Source of the DNA: a bacterium
GTDB lineage: Bacteria > UBA10199 > 2-02-FULL-44-16 > JAAZCA01
Direction: 5' to 3'
DNA length: 64,000 nucleotides
Assembly: GCA_963674695.2 (NCBI GenBank)
Contig: CAXXGI010000003.1
Span: 704,001-768,000, forward strand
A model generated the notes under the pieces. That model saw only the letters and a program-made list of their open reading frames with translations. It was not told the DNA's origin and searched no databases. Shown here in pieces: positions 50,409 through 58,204 of this stretch. Within the stretch, counting starts at the first letter, position 1; every line of letters starts with the position of its first letter. The position numbers and the translations under genes are program-made.

Positions 50409-50930
50409 TTATGTGTAGCTGATCAATGAATGGACGGGGGTGTTGGGCATCTTGTCGCGTCCACTCAGGAAGGCGAGTTCCACGACGAACGCGCACTCGA
50501 CGACCTGGCCCCCCTGCTGCTCGATGAGCGTACAGGCGGCACCGGCCGTACCGCCGGTGGCGAGCAAGTCATCCACGATGACCACGCGCTGACCCTTGGC
50601 GATGGCGTCGGTGTGCACCTCGATCGTCGCCGAACCGTATTCGAGATCGTAGGAGACATCGACGGTTTCATACGGCAACTTCCCCTTCTTGCGCACCGGC
50701 ACGAAAGCCGCACCCAGCTGATGGGCGATCGGCGTTCCAAAGAGAAACCCGCGCGACTCGATGCCGACGATCACATCGATCTTCTGAGCGGCATAGCGAT
50801 CGGTGAAGGTCTTAATCGTGCGCGTGAATGCCTCGGAATTCTGCAAGAGCGGCGTGATGTCTTTGAAGATGATGCCGGGTTTCGGAAAATCCGGAATATC
50901 GCGAATGTGCTCTTTCAGGTAATTCTGCAT
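50409..50930 (-). CDS. apt: Adenine phosphoribosyltransferase
   Basis: PDFPKPGIIFKDITPLL, ESRGF, RKKGKLP, VDDLLATGGT. Confidence 0.97.
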   Translation of the reverse strand: MQNYLKEHIRDIPDFPKPGIIFKDITPLLQNSEAFTRTIKTFTDRYAAQKIDVIVGIESRGFLFGTPIAHQLGAAFVPVRKKGKLPYETVDVSYDLEYGSATIEVHTDAIAKGQRVVIVDDLLATGGTAGAACTLIEQQGGQVVECAFVVELAFLSGRDKMPNTPVHSLISYT

Positions 50931-50958
50931 GATTCCTCCTCATATGCGTTGATGATGT

Positions 50959-51744
50959 TCAACCCTTCTTTCGGCGCTCGGGCAGGAAAAATAGGGGATT
51001 GCGGGCGGTTTGTCCATGCCGAATTTCAAAATGCAGGTGCGAGCCCGTCGCCCGCCCCGTACGCCCAACATCGCCGATGACCTGTCCCTGCTTGACCTCT
51101 TGCCCCTTCTTGACGCGATTTCGGTTATTATGCGCATAGGCGCTAAAAAAATCGTCACTATGACGCACGAGAATAATATTCCCATATCCGCGCATCTTCC
51201 CCGAAAAGACCACCTTGCCTTTGGCCGCCGCCTTGATCGGCGTGCCGGTCCTACCGCGAATATCGATGCCGTCGTGCCGCCGCCCATTGCGCATGCCGAA
51301 TGGGGATGAGAGCTGACCATCGACCGGCCAGATGAAGCGACCGCGGTAGGTCTTGATCGGCTTGGAATATTTATTTCCGCGACGTCCTGCATACCGCCCT
51401 CGCTTCCCCGGGGGCGCGGCGACATCCTGCCCAAAGGGGAGCTTCTTGTAGCCCCCCTTCTTGCCTTTGTCGGGCATGTAGATGCGCATCCCCGGCTGGA
51501 CATCGGCCGGATGCAGGATGTTGTTGAACTCAGCGAGCTCCTGCACATCGACGCGATAGGACTTGGCGATGCGCCAGATCGAATCGCCGTGACGCACGCG
51601 ATGATAGCGCCCGCGTTTGTCAAACGAGGTCGCACAACCATTCAACAGCAACGACGCACCCACCAAGACGATCAGCACGAGCACTGACAGCCCCATGCGC
51701 CTGCGCAGCAAATATCTCATTATTTTCGATCGATGCATAAACAT
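50959..51744 (-). CDS. NlpD-like lipoprotein (LysM plus M23 peptidase)
   Basis: Lipobox LLNGC, LysM HRVRHGDSIWRIA, HDGID and HLHFEIR; surE-pcm-nlpD synteny. Start uncertain. Confidence 0.88.
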   Translation of the reverse strand: MFMHRSKIMRYLLRRRMGLSVLVLIVLVGASLLLNGCATSFDKRGRYHRVRHGDSIWRIAKSYRVDVQELAEFNNILHPADVQPGMRIYMPDKGKKGGYKKLPFGQDVAAPPGKRGRYAGRRGNKYSKPIKTYRGRFIWPVDGQLSSPFGMRNGRRHDGIDIRGRTGTPIKAAAKGKVVFSGKMRGYGNIILVRHSDDFFSAYAHNNRNRVKKGQEVKQGQVIGDVGRTGRATGSHLHFEIRHGQTARNPLFFLPERRKKG

Positions 51745-51754
51745 CGTTTTCCCT

Positions 51755-51802
51755 GTTCACGATTTACGGTTCACCGTTCACGGTTTACCGTTCACCGCCT
51801 CA
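51755..51802. repeat. Heptamer array (GTTYACS)x6 at the pcm stop
   Basis: gttcacgatttacggttcaccgttcacggtttaccgttcaccg. Confidence 0.75.
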
Positions 51803-52528
51803 CCCATCGTCGCGCCACCCCTTCGCACCGATGAGCTGTACAAACCGACAGGCCGTGAGCGAGCGCTGCGTCGTCTGGATCCCATGGCCGGTTCGTTGAA
51901 TCACTTCCAGGTATTGCACATCCTTGTTGCCCACGGGAATGACCAACCGCCCCTTCGGCGCGAGCTGTTCAATGAGATCTTCCGGAACCACCGGCGCACC
52001 GGCCGTAACAACGATCCCGTCGAACGGCGCATCCTCCGGCCAGCCGAGCGTCCCATCGCCGATACGAAGGTTGATGTTGGTATATCCGAGTCGATTGAGC
52101 ACCTTGCGCGCCCGATCGGAGAGGTCGGCCAGGCGCTCGATGGAGAAGACCTCTGTGACCAATCGAGACAAGACCGCCGCCTGATATCCGGAACCGGTCC
52201 CGATCTCCAGGATACGCTCGCTCCCCGTCAGCTCGAGCGCCTCGGTCTGCAGCGCCACCATCAACGGCTGTGAGATCGTCTGCCCCATACCGATGGGAAG
52301 CGGACGATCTTCATAGGCCTGGCTCTCCATCCCCTGCCCCACGAACGCGTGGCGCGGAACATCGCGCATGACCTGCAAAACGCGTTCATCCCGAACGCCA
52401 CCCCGCTCGATCTGGTCTGAGACCATGCGTCGCCGCGCCACTTCATAGCGACAGCGCAGCCGTCCCTGTTTGTTCAAATCCACCGCCGCTCGCTGCTGAC
52501 GCGGAGTTTTCTGTGTGTATCCGTGCAT
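51800..52528 (-). CDS. pcm: Protein-L-isoaspartate O-methyltransferase
   Basis: VPRHAFV, AYEDRPLPIGMGQTISQP, LEIGTGSGYQAA, GDGTLGWPEDAPFD; start downstream of the heptamer array. Confidence 0.93.
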   Translation of the reverse strand: MHGYTQKTPRQQRAAVDLNKQGRLRCRYEVARRRMVSDQIERGGVRDERVLQVMRDVPRHAFVGQGMESQAYEDRPLPIGMGQTISQPLMVALQTEALELTGSERILEIGTGSGYQAAVLSRLVTEVFSIERLADLSDRARKVLNRLGYTNINLRIGDGTLGWPEDAPFDGIVVTAGAPVVPEDLIEQLAPKGRLVIPVGNKDVQYLEVIQRTGHGIQTTQRSLTACRFVQLIGAKGWRDDG

Positions 52529-52533
52529 GGTAC

Positions 52534-52772
52534 CTCGTGACTCGTGACTCGTGACTCGTAACTCGTGACTCGTAACTCGTGACTCGTGACTCGTGACTCG
52601 TGACTCGTGACTCGTGACTCGTGACTCGTGACTCGTAACACGTGACTCGTGACTCGTAACTCGTGACTCGTAACTCGTAACTCGTGACTCGTAACTCGTG
52701 ACTCGTGACTCGTGACTCGTAACTCGTGACTCGTGACTCGTGACTCGATACGAGTAACGAGTTACGAGTGAC
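52534..52772. repeat. Long heptamer array (CTCGTRA) of about 30 units plus about 3 inverted units spanning the surE stop
   Basis: 52534-52747 continuous ctcgtga/ctcgtaa units; 52751-52772 cgagtaacgagttacgagtgac. Confidence 0.95.
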
Positions 52773-53577
52773 GCCCTTGAAACATCTTCCACGTCTTGAG
52801 TTCTTCGAGCATCTTCGCGTCGGTCATGTTCACGCGCAGGGGAGTCACCGAGATGTGGTCGGAGAAGGCAGCGTTGCAATCGGAATGGGGACGATCCTCG
52901 AACCCCGCTTCGTCCCCCCCGATCCAGTAGTAGATGCGACCCTTCGGATCGACCTTCTCGACGATGATGTCGCCGTAATCGCGTTTGCCCTGATGGGTGA
53001 CCACGGCGCCCTTGATCTGCGAAGCGGACGTGTCGGGGACATTGACGTTGAGGAGTACGCCGCGGGGAAGGCCGCTGGCCAAAATCTGCCGTGCAAGCTT
53101 TGCCGCAAAGCGCGCCGCAACGGGAAAACCAACGCCTCCGCCACCGTTACTCACCAACGAGACCGCCACAGCCGGAATGCCGATGATCGCCCCCTCCATC
53201 GCTACGGAGACCGTGCCCGAATAGTGGACGTCGTCGCCCAGGTTCGGCCCATGGTTGATGCCCGAAACAACGAGGTCCGGATGGCGATCCAGCAGCTCAT
53301 GGACGGCCAGCATCACGCAGTCGGTCGGCGTTCCATCGACGGCATAGACGTCCGTATCCATTTTTTTGACCCGCAGCGGCCGATGCAAGGTGATCGAATG
53401 ACTCGCCGCCGAACGCTGCCCGTCGGGGGCCACCACGACCACATGCCCGACACGGCGCAACGCTCGCTGCAGATGGATGATCCCGTCCGCGCGAACACCA
53501 TCATCATTGGAAACGAGGATCAGCGGACGCGGAGACTTCTTCATCCGAGCTGAATGCGATTTCGTTTTGGGGGACAC
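52762..53577 (-). CDS. surE: 5'/3'-nucleotidase SurE
   Basis: ILVSNDDG, SAASHSIT, GTPTDCV, SGINHGPNLGDDVHYSGTV; start GTG 53577 or ATG 53544. Confidence 0.95.
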   Translation of the reverse strand: MSPKTKSHSARMKKSPRPLILVSNDDGVRADGIIHLQRALRRVGHVVVVAPDGQRSAASHSITLHRPLRVKKMDTDVYAVDGTPTDCVMLAVHELLDRHPDLVVSGINHGPNLGDDVHYSGTVSVAMEGAIIGIPAVAVSLVSNGGGGVGFPVAARFAAKLARQILASGLPRGVLLNVNVPDTSASQIKGAVVTHQGKRDYGDIIVEKVDPKGRIYYWIGGDEAGFEDRPHSDCNAAFSDHISVTPLRVNMTDAKMLEELKTWKMFQGRHS

Positions 53578-53661
53578 CGATGCTCCGGAATCTGAATTCG
53601 TGTGTATTTATAGGTACTTATCTCACACCCCTTTGGGGAGTGTCAAGGAAAAGATCCGGCT

Positions 53662-53745
53662 CGTGAACCGTAAACCGTAAACGGTGAACAGCAATCCTCG
53701 TCACAGAACAGAATTCTGTTCACCGCTCACGGTTCACCGTTCACG
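53662..53745. repeat. Inverted pair of heptamer arrays (CGTRAAC / GTTCACS)
   Basis: cgtgaaccgtaaaccgtaaacggtgaac ... gttcaccgctcacggttcaccgttcacg. Confidence 0.75.
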
Positions 53746-53787
53746 CCCCTTGCATTTCCCCCCATCACTTGTTATCCGCCCGCCACC

Positions 53788-54822
53788 ATGAGCGACGCAT
53801 ACAAGAAAGCCGGTGTCGATATCGATGCGGGCAACGCCTTTGTCGACCGCATCAAAGGGCATATCCGTTCGACCCACCGTCGAGGGGTGGTCTCGGAGCT
53901 CGGCGGCTATGGGGGTATGTTTGCCCCCGATCTGCACGAGATGCGCGAGCCCATCCTCGTGTCCGGCACCGATGGCGTGGGCACCAAACTCAAGCTCGCC
54001 ATCGAGATGGGCAAACTCGACACGGTCGGCATCGACCTGGTCGCCATGTGCGTAAACGACATCATCTGTAGCGGTGCCGAACCCCTCTTCTTTCTCGATT
54101 ATTTTGCGACGCCGAAACTCGATCTGGAAAAACACGAGGCGATCGTGGCCGGCATCGCTGACGGATGTCGGCAGGCGCGCTGTGCGCTCCTCGGCGGAGA
54201 GACGGCGGAGATGCCGGATCTCTATGCAGCGGGTGACTTCGACCTAGCCGGATTCGCCGTGGGTGTGGTCGATCGCGAGAAGATCATCGACGGCAGCGAC
54301 ATCGGCACCGGGTGGGCGATCGTGGGGCTGGCCTCCTCCGGCTTTCACAGCAACGGCTATTCGCTGGTTCGCCACATCGTCCGCGAAAAGAAGCTCGACC
54401 TGAACATCGTCCATGACGGCCTTGAAAAACCGCTCGGGGAGATGCTGCTCGCACCGACCACCATCTATACGCCGCTCGTGGCCAACCTCTCGCGCACGTT
54501 CCGCATCCGCGGCATCGCCCATATCACCGGCGGAGGCTTCTGGGACAATATCCCGCGCATCCTGCCCGCCGGCGTCACCGCCGTCATCGACCGACAGAGC
54601 TGGATCATTCCGCCGCTCATCCGATTCATCCAGCATCAGGGCAACGTCACCGAGGACGAGCTGCTGCGCGTCTTCAACTGCGGCATCGGCATGGTGCTCG
54701 TCGTACCCAGCGACGAAGCCGACGACCTGGCCCAAACCGCCACCACCCACGGGGTGCACGCCTACCGCATCGGCCAAACCCGTCGACGCAAAAAAGATGA
54801 ACCCTCTGTGGTCATCGCGTAG
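53788..54822 (+). CDS. purM: Phosphoribosylformylglycinamidine cyclo-ligase
   Basis: YKKAGVDI, GTDGVGTK, DLVAMCVND, GGETAEMP, SSGFHSNGYS, HITGGG, FNCGIG. Confidence 0.97.
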   Translation: MSDAYKKAGVDIDAGNAFVDRIKGHIRSTHRRGVVSELGGYGGMFAPDLHEMREPILVSGTDGVGTKLKLAIEMGKLDTVGIDLVAMCVNDIICSGAEPLFFLDYFATPKLDLEKHEAIVAGIADGCRQARCALLGGETAEMPDLYAAGDFDLAGFAVGVVDREKIIDGSDIGTGWAIVGLASSGFHSNGYSLVRHIVREKKLDLNIVHDGLEKPLGEMLLAPTTIYTPLVANLSRTFRIRGIAHITGGGFWDNIPRILPAGVTAVIDRQSWIIPPLIRFIQHQGNVTEDELLRVFNCGIGMVLVVPSDEADDLAQTATTHGVHAYRIGQTRRRKKDEPSVVIA

Positions 54823-54869
54823 ATCGCCCCTTGCGTTGTCGAACATTTTCGGTAAGATCGCGCGCACTT

Positions 54870-55520
54870 ATGCCTCGAACAACTCCCCTCAGCATCGGCG
54901 TCCTGGCCTCCGGCAGCGGGACAAACCTTCAGTCGATCATCGATGCCTGCAAGCAGGGCCAGATCCCCGCACGCGTTGCCGTGGTCATCAGCGACAACCG
55001 CAACGCCTATGCGCTGGAGCGCGCGCGCAAAGCGAATATTCCGGCACTCGTCTTCGAGCGAGGAGCGTTCGCCGACCGTCATGCCTTCGAGGGGGCCATC
55101 GTCGAAGCGCTGCAGAGCGCCGATGTCGAGCTCGTCTGTCTTGCGGGCTTTATGCGCATCATCGGAAAGACGATCCTCAATGCCTTTGTGGAGCGCATCC
55201 TCAACATCCATCCTGCGCTGCTCCCCGCTTTTCCGGGGTTGGAGGGGCAACGACAAGCCTTTGAATACGGCACCAAGATCGCCGGATGTACGGTGCACTT
55301 CGTCGATGCCAAGACCGACCATGGGCCGATCGTGCTCCAGGCCGCCGTTCCGGTGCTCGACAGCGATACGGTCGACAAACTCGCGGCGCGTATCCTGAGG
55401 GAGGAGCACGCGCTCTTTCCGGAGGCCATCCGGCTCTTCGCCGAGGGGGCGCTTCATATCGAGGGAAGACGAGTCGTTATCGACCCGCAACCACAACCCA
55501 TTCAAGATCAATCATTATGA
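54870..55520 (+). CDS. purN: Phosphoribosylglycinamide formyltransferase
   Basis: VLASGSGTNLQ, LAGFMRI, NIHPALLPAFPG, GCTVHFVD..DHGPI. Confidence 0.96.
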   Translation: MPRTTPLSIGVLASGSGTNLQSIIDACKQGQIPARVAVVISDNRNAYALERARKANIPALVFERGAFADRHAFEGAIVEALQSADVELVCLAGFMRIIGKTILNAFVERILNIHPALLPAFPGLEGQRQAFEYGTKIAGCTVHFVDAKTDHGPIVLQAAVPVLDSDTVDKLAARILREEHALFPEAIRLFAEGALHIEGRRVVIDPQPQPIQDQSL

Positions 55521-55533
55521 GGGGGGACTGACG

Positions 55534-56115
55534 ATGAAAAAGGGATTGCTTATATTGTGTGCTGTCATCAGCATCGCGACATTCAGTCACACCGCCATGG
55601 CCGAATCGGCGGCGGGCAATTTCACCGTGGGACTCGGCCCGGTCGGCAACATCTACGTGGTCGACTCGCGTCCACAACTCGACCCGGGCGTGGGCGGCTA
55701 TGTCTTCTTCGACTACCGATGGTCGCCGCAGTTCTCCACCCAGTTCAGCGTCATCGTCACCACGCAGGATGGCACCGGCATTTCGAACGGGGATAACGGC
55801 ATCGAATTCCTGGGCATCCCCACCTTCGACCTCAAGTTCTACCTCCTCTCAACCCCGTCACGATGGGATCCCTACGGCCTCATCGGTATGGGTGTCTATG
55901 CCGTGACAGAGGGAACCGCCAAGAACGGGACGACGGCCGTCGGCATCGGTGCCAACTTAGGGCTGGGCACTGACTTCTATATCACCGAGCGTTTCTCTGT
56001 GGGACTCTCAGCCATCTTCCGTTCCATCGGTCTCATCGACTCGGTCAGTGGGAACAATAACGGTACCGCGCTCTTCCCCTTCTCACTCATGGGGAATGTC
56101 GCCTACCACTTCTAG
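55534..56115 (+). CDS. Small outer-membrane beta-barrel (OmpA/OmpW-like)
   Basis: Signal peptide ..TAMA; amphipathic strands, DPYGLIGMG, GLGTDFY; C-terminal YHF BAM signal. Confidence 0.75.
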   Translation: MKKGLLILCAVISIATFSHTAMAESAAGNFTVGLGPVGNIYVVDSRPQLDPGVGGYVFFDYRWSPQFSTQFSVIVTTQDGTGISNGDNGIEFLGIPTFDLKFYLLSTPSRWDPYGLIGMGVYAVTEGTAKNGTTAVGIGANLGLGTDFYITERFSVGLSAIFRSIGLIDSVSGNNNGTALFPFSLMGNVAYHF

Positions 56116-56124
56116 TGAAGGCAC

Positions 56125-56841
56125 ATGAACCATCGCCCCATCGCCATCATCCTGTTCTTTTTTTTCGCCCTCACACAGGGCTGTTCCGGACGCGCGCCTG
56201 ATTCAGCCGAGCAACGCGCACAGATGGTTCGCACGCAGATCACAGCTCGCGGCATCACCGACCAAAAGGTGATCGCTGCATTTCGCATGATGCCGCGCGA
56301 AGAATTCGTGCTGCCGCAATATCGCACGCATGCCTATGATGATAACGAGGTCCCGATCGGCTTCGGACAGACGCTCGACCGCCCCATTGAAAATGCCACG
56401 ATGATGCAGGCGCTCGATATCGATGCGAACGAACGCGTGCTGGAGGTGGGCACGGGCGTGGGACTTTTGGCCTCGCTTCTCGGACAGGTGGCCAAAGAGG
56501 TCTATACGATTGAAATCGATCCCAAGACCGCCGCGAAGGCACGGGAGAACATCACCCGGCTGGGGTTTTCCAATATCCGCGTCAAGACCGGCGACGGCTT
56601 TGTGGGCTGGGCTGAGCATGCGCCCTTCGACGCGATCGTCATGACCTGCAGCCCCAACCGCATTCCCGATCCGATCGCGGCGCAACTCGCCGAAGGCGGG
56701 CGTTTGATCATCCCCCTAGGAAGCGACGAACGTTTTCAGGATTTGATTCTCTTTGAAAAACAGAATGGAAAACTCATCGAACTCTCAAAACTCATTCCCG
56801 CCCAATTCGTACCGATGAAGGGAAAGATCCGTGACTCGTAA
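56125..56841 (+). CDS. Second protein-L-isoaspartate O-methyltransferase with lipoprotein-like signal
   Basis: IILFFFFALTQGC; PREEFV, PIGFGQT, LEVGTGVG, GDGFVGWAEHAPFD, FVPM. Confidence 0.85.
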   Translation: MNHRPIAIILFFFFALTQGCSGRAPDSAEQRAQMVRTQITARGITDQKVIAAFRMMPREEFVLPQYRTHAYDDNEVPIGFGQTLDRPIENATMMQALDIDANERVLEVGTGVGLLASLLGQVAKEVYTIEIDPKTAAKARENITRLGFSNIRVKTGDGFVGWAEHAPFDAIVMTCSPNRIPDPIAAQLAEGGRLIIPLGSDERFQDLILFEKQNGKLIELSKLIPAQFVPMKGKIRDS

Positions 56842-56863
56842 CTCGTGACTCGTGACTCGTGAC
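56830..56863. repeat. Heptamer array (CGTRACT)x5 containing the stop codon of the second pcm
   Basis: cgtgactcgTAActcgtgactcgtgactcgtgac. Confidence 0.85.
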
Positions 56864-56897
56864 ACCGAATATCGTGTCGCCGCGAACCTCCATCGAC

Positions 56898-56968
56898 TGT
56901 CATTCCCGCGAAGGCGGGAATCTCGAAGTACTCGAAAAATCGAGATTCCCGCCTTCGCGGGAATGACA
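56898..56968. repeat. Family A palindromic repeat
   Basis: tgtcattcccgcgaaggcgggaatctcga...tcgagattcccgccttcgcgggaatgaca. Confidence 0.92.
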
Positions 56969-57005
56969 AAAAACGGAATAATCAGCATTCCCCGATAGGC
57001 ACTCG

Positions 57006-58082
57006 TTAGTTCTCCTGACCTTCCCGCTCTTGCTTCAACTTGTAAACAAAGACCAAAATCTCGGCCACCGCCTGATAGAGCTCCTCCGGAATCTCATCGC
57101 CGACATCCAGTTCGATGAGCGTCCAGGCCAGCGGCGGGTTCTGCACGATGGGGATGCGCATCTCCTCGGCCAGCTCGCGAATGGTATTCGCGAAGAGACG
57201 CTGCCCCTTCGCTACCACATGGGGTGCGGCCATATCGGAGTCTTCGTACTTGATCGCCACCGCCAGCTCCACGGGGTTGGTCACCACCGCATCCGCCGTC
57301 GACACCGCCTGCCGCACGTCGCCCATTGCCAGCTCCTGGTGCAACTGTCGACGAGCGCTCTTGATGAGGGGGTCCCCCTCGTCCTGCTTGTACTCGCGCT
57401 TGACCTCATCCTTGCTCATGCGCATCTGCTTCTTATATTGCCAGCGCTGCACGAAGACATCGATGATGGCGATGATGATAAAGATAATGAAGACACGGAT
57501 GAGAAACATCACCATAAGTCTGGCCGCCAGACCAGTGGATTGATCGGGCGTGGCCTGCACCGTGAGGACGATCTCTCGAATGCTGTCGCTGATGACGAAA
57601 TAGGCCATCAGAAAGATGAGAAAGAGCTTGGCGATATTCTTCAGGAGTTCGACGAACGTCGTCATCTTGAACATGTTTTTGATATTCTGAATCGCATTGA
57701 GCCGCTTCATCTGTGGCTTCATCGGCTCACCGGTAAAGATCGGACCGATCTGGATAAACCCCACGCCGATCGCGATGGCGACGATGACCAGCGCAAAGGG
57801 ACCGACGATGCGCACCCAGGTCATGAAGTTCGAGCGAGCCATGAGGGCAAGCTCCTCAAAGGAAAGGTTCCCGCGAGCGACCATATCGAAGTTGGAAACG
57901 AGCAGGCTGCGCAACTGGTCGCCAATGTAGCCGCGCATGAAGACGATGAGACCGAAGGCGGCGATGAGAATAACGATGGTGTTCATGTCGCGAGACTTCG
58001 CGATCTGACCCTTTTTGCGTGCATCCCGCAGCCGTTTTGGCGTTGCTTCTTCAGTCTTTTCCTGGCTGGATGATTCGAACAT
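57006..58082 (-). CDS. Type III export switch protein, FlhB/SctU (EscU/YscU) family
   Basis: EKTEEATPKRLRDARKKGQIAKSRD, four TMs, MSKDEVKREYKQDEGDP, VVTNPVELAVA, IPEELYQAVAEIL. Confidence 0.92.
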   Translation of the reverse strand: MFESSSQEKTEEATPKRLRDARKKGQIAKSRDMNTIVILIAAFGLIVFMRGYIGDQLRSLLVSNFDMVARGNLSFEELALMARSNFMTWVRIVGPFALVIVAIAIGVGFIQIGPIFTGEPMKPQMKRLNAIQNIKNMFKMTTFVELLKNIAKLFLIFLMAYFVISDSIREIVLTVQATPDQSTGLAARLMVMFLIRVFIIFIIIAIIDVFVQRWQYKKQMRMSKDEVKREYKQDEGDPLIKSARRQLHQELAMGDVRQAVSTADAVVTNPVELAVAIKYEDSDMAAPHVVAKGQRLFANTIRELAEEMRIPIVQNPPLAWTLIELDVGDEIPEELYQAVAEILVFVYKLKQEREGQEN

Positions 58083-58204
58083 CGCTCATTCCCCCTTAAG
58101 GGGCGACCCTAACAGAATCACGGCTCCCCCACAACCGCTTCTCGCTCGCTCCGAGCCTCCTCCGTGATTGATTCTCTCACACAATTGGGCTATCGTGGTC
58201 GTCT

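Noticed and set aside
52534-52772. Possible CRISPR array
   Set aside because: Continuous 7-bp units with no unique spacers, and no cas genes in the window.
51800-52879. 359-aa pcm with N-terminal VTSHESR repeats
   Set aside because: The extension is read-through of the heptamer array and overlaps surE; the ATG at 52528 gives a normal-length Pcm.
58130-58156. ACAAC-N15-CCGAGCC upstream of the kinase as another regulon promoter
   Set aside because: The -10 box is too degenerate (GCC instead of TAA) to count.
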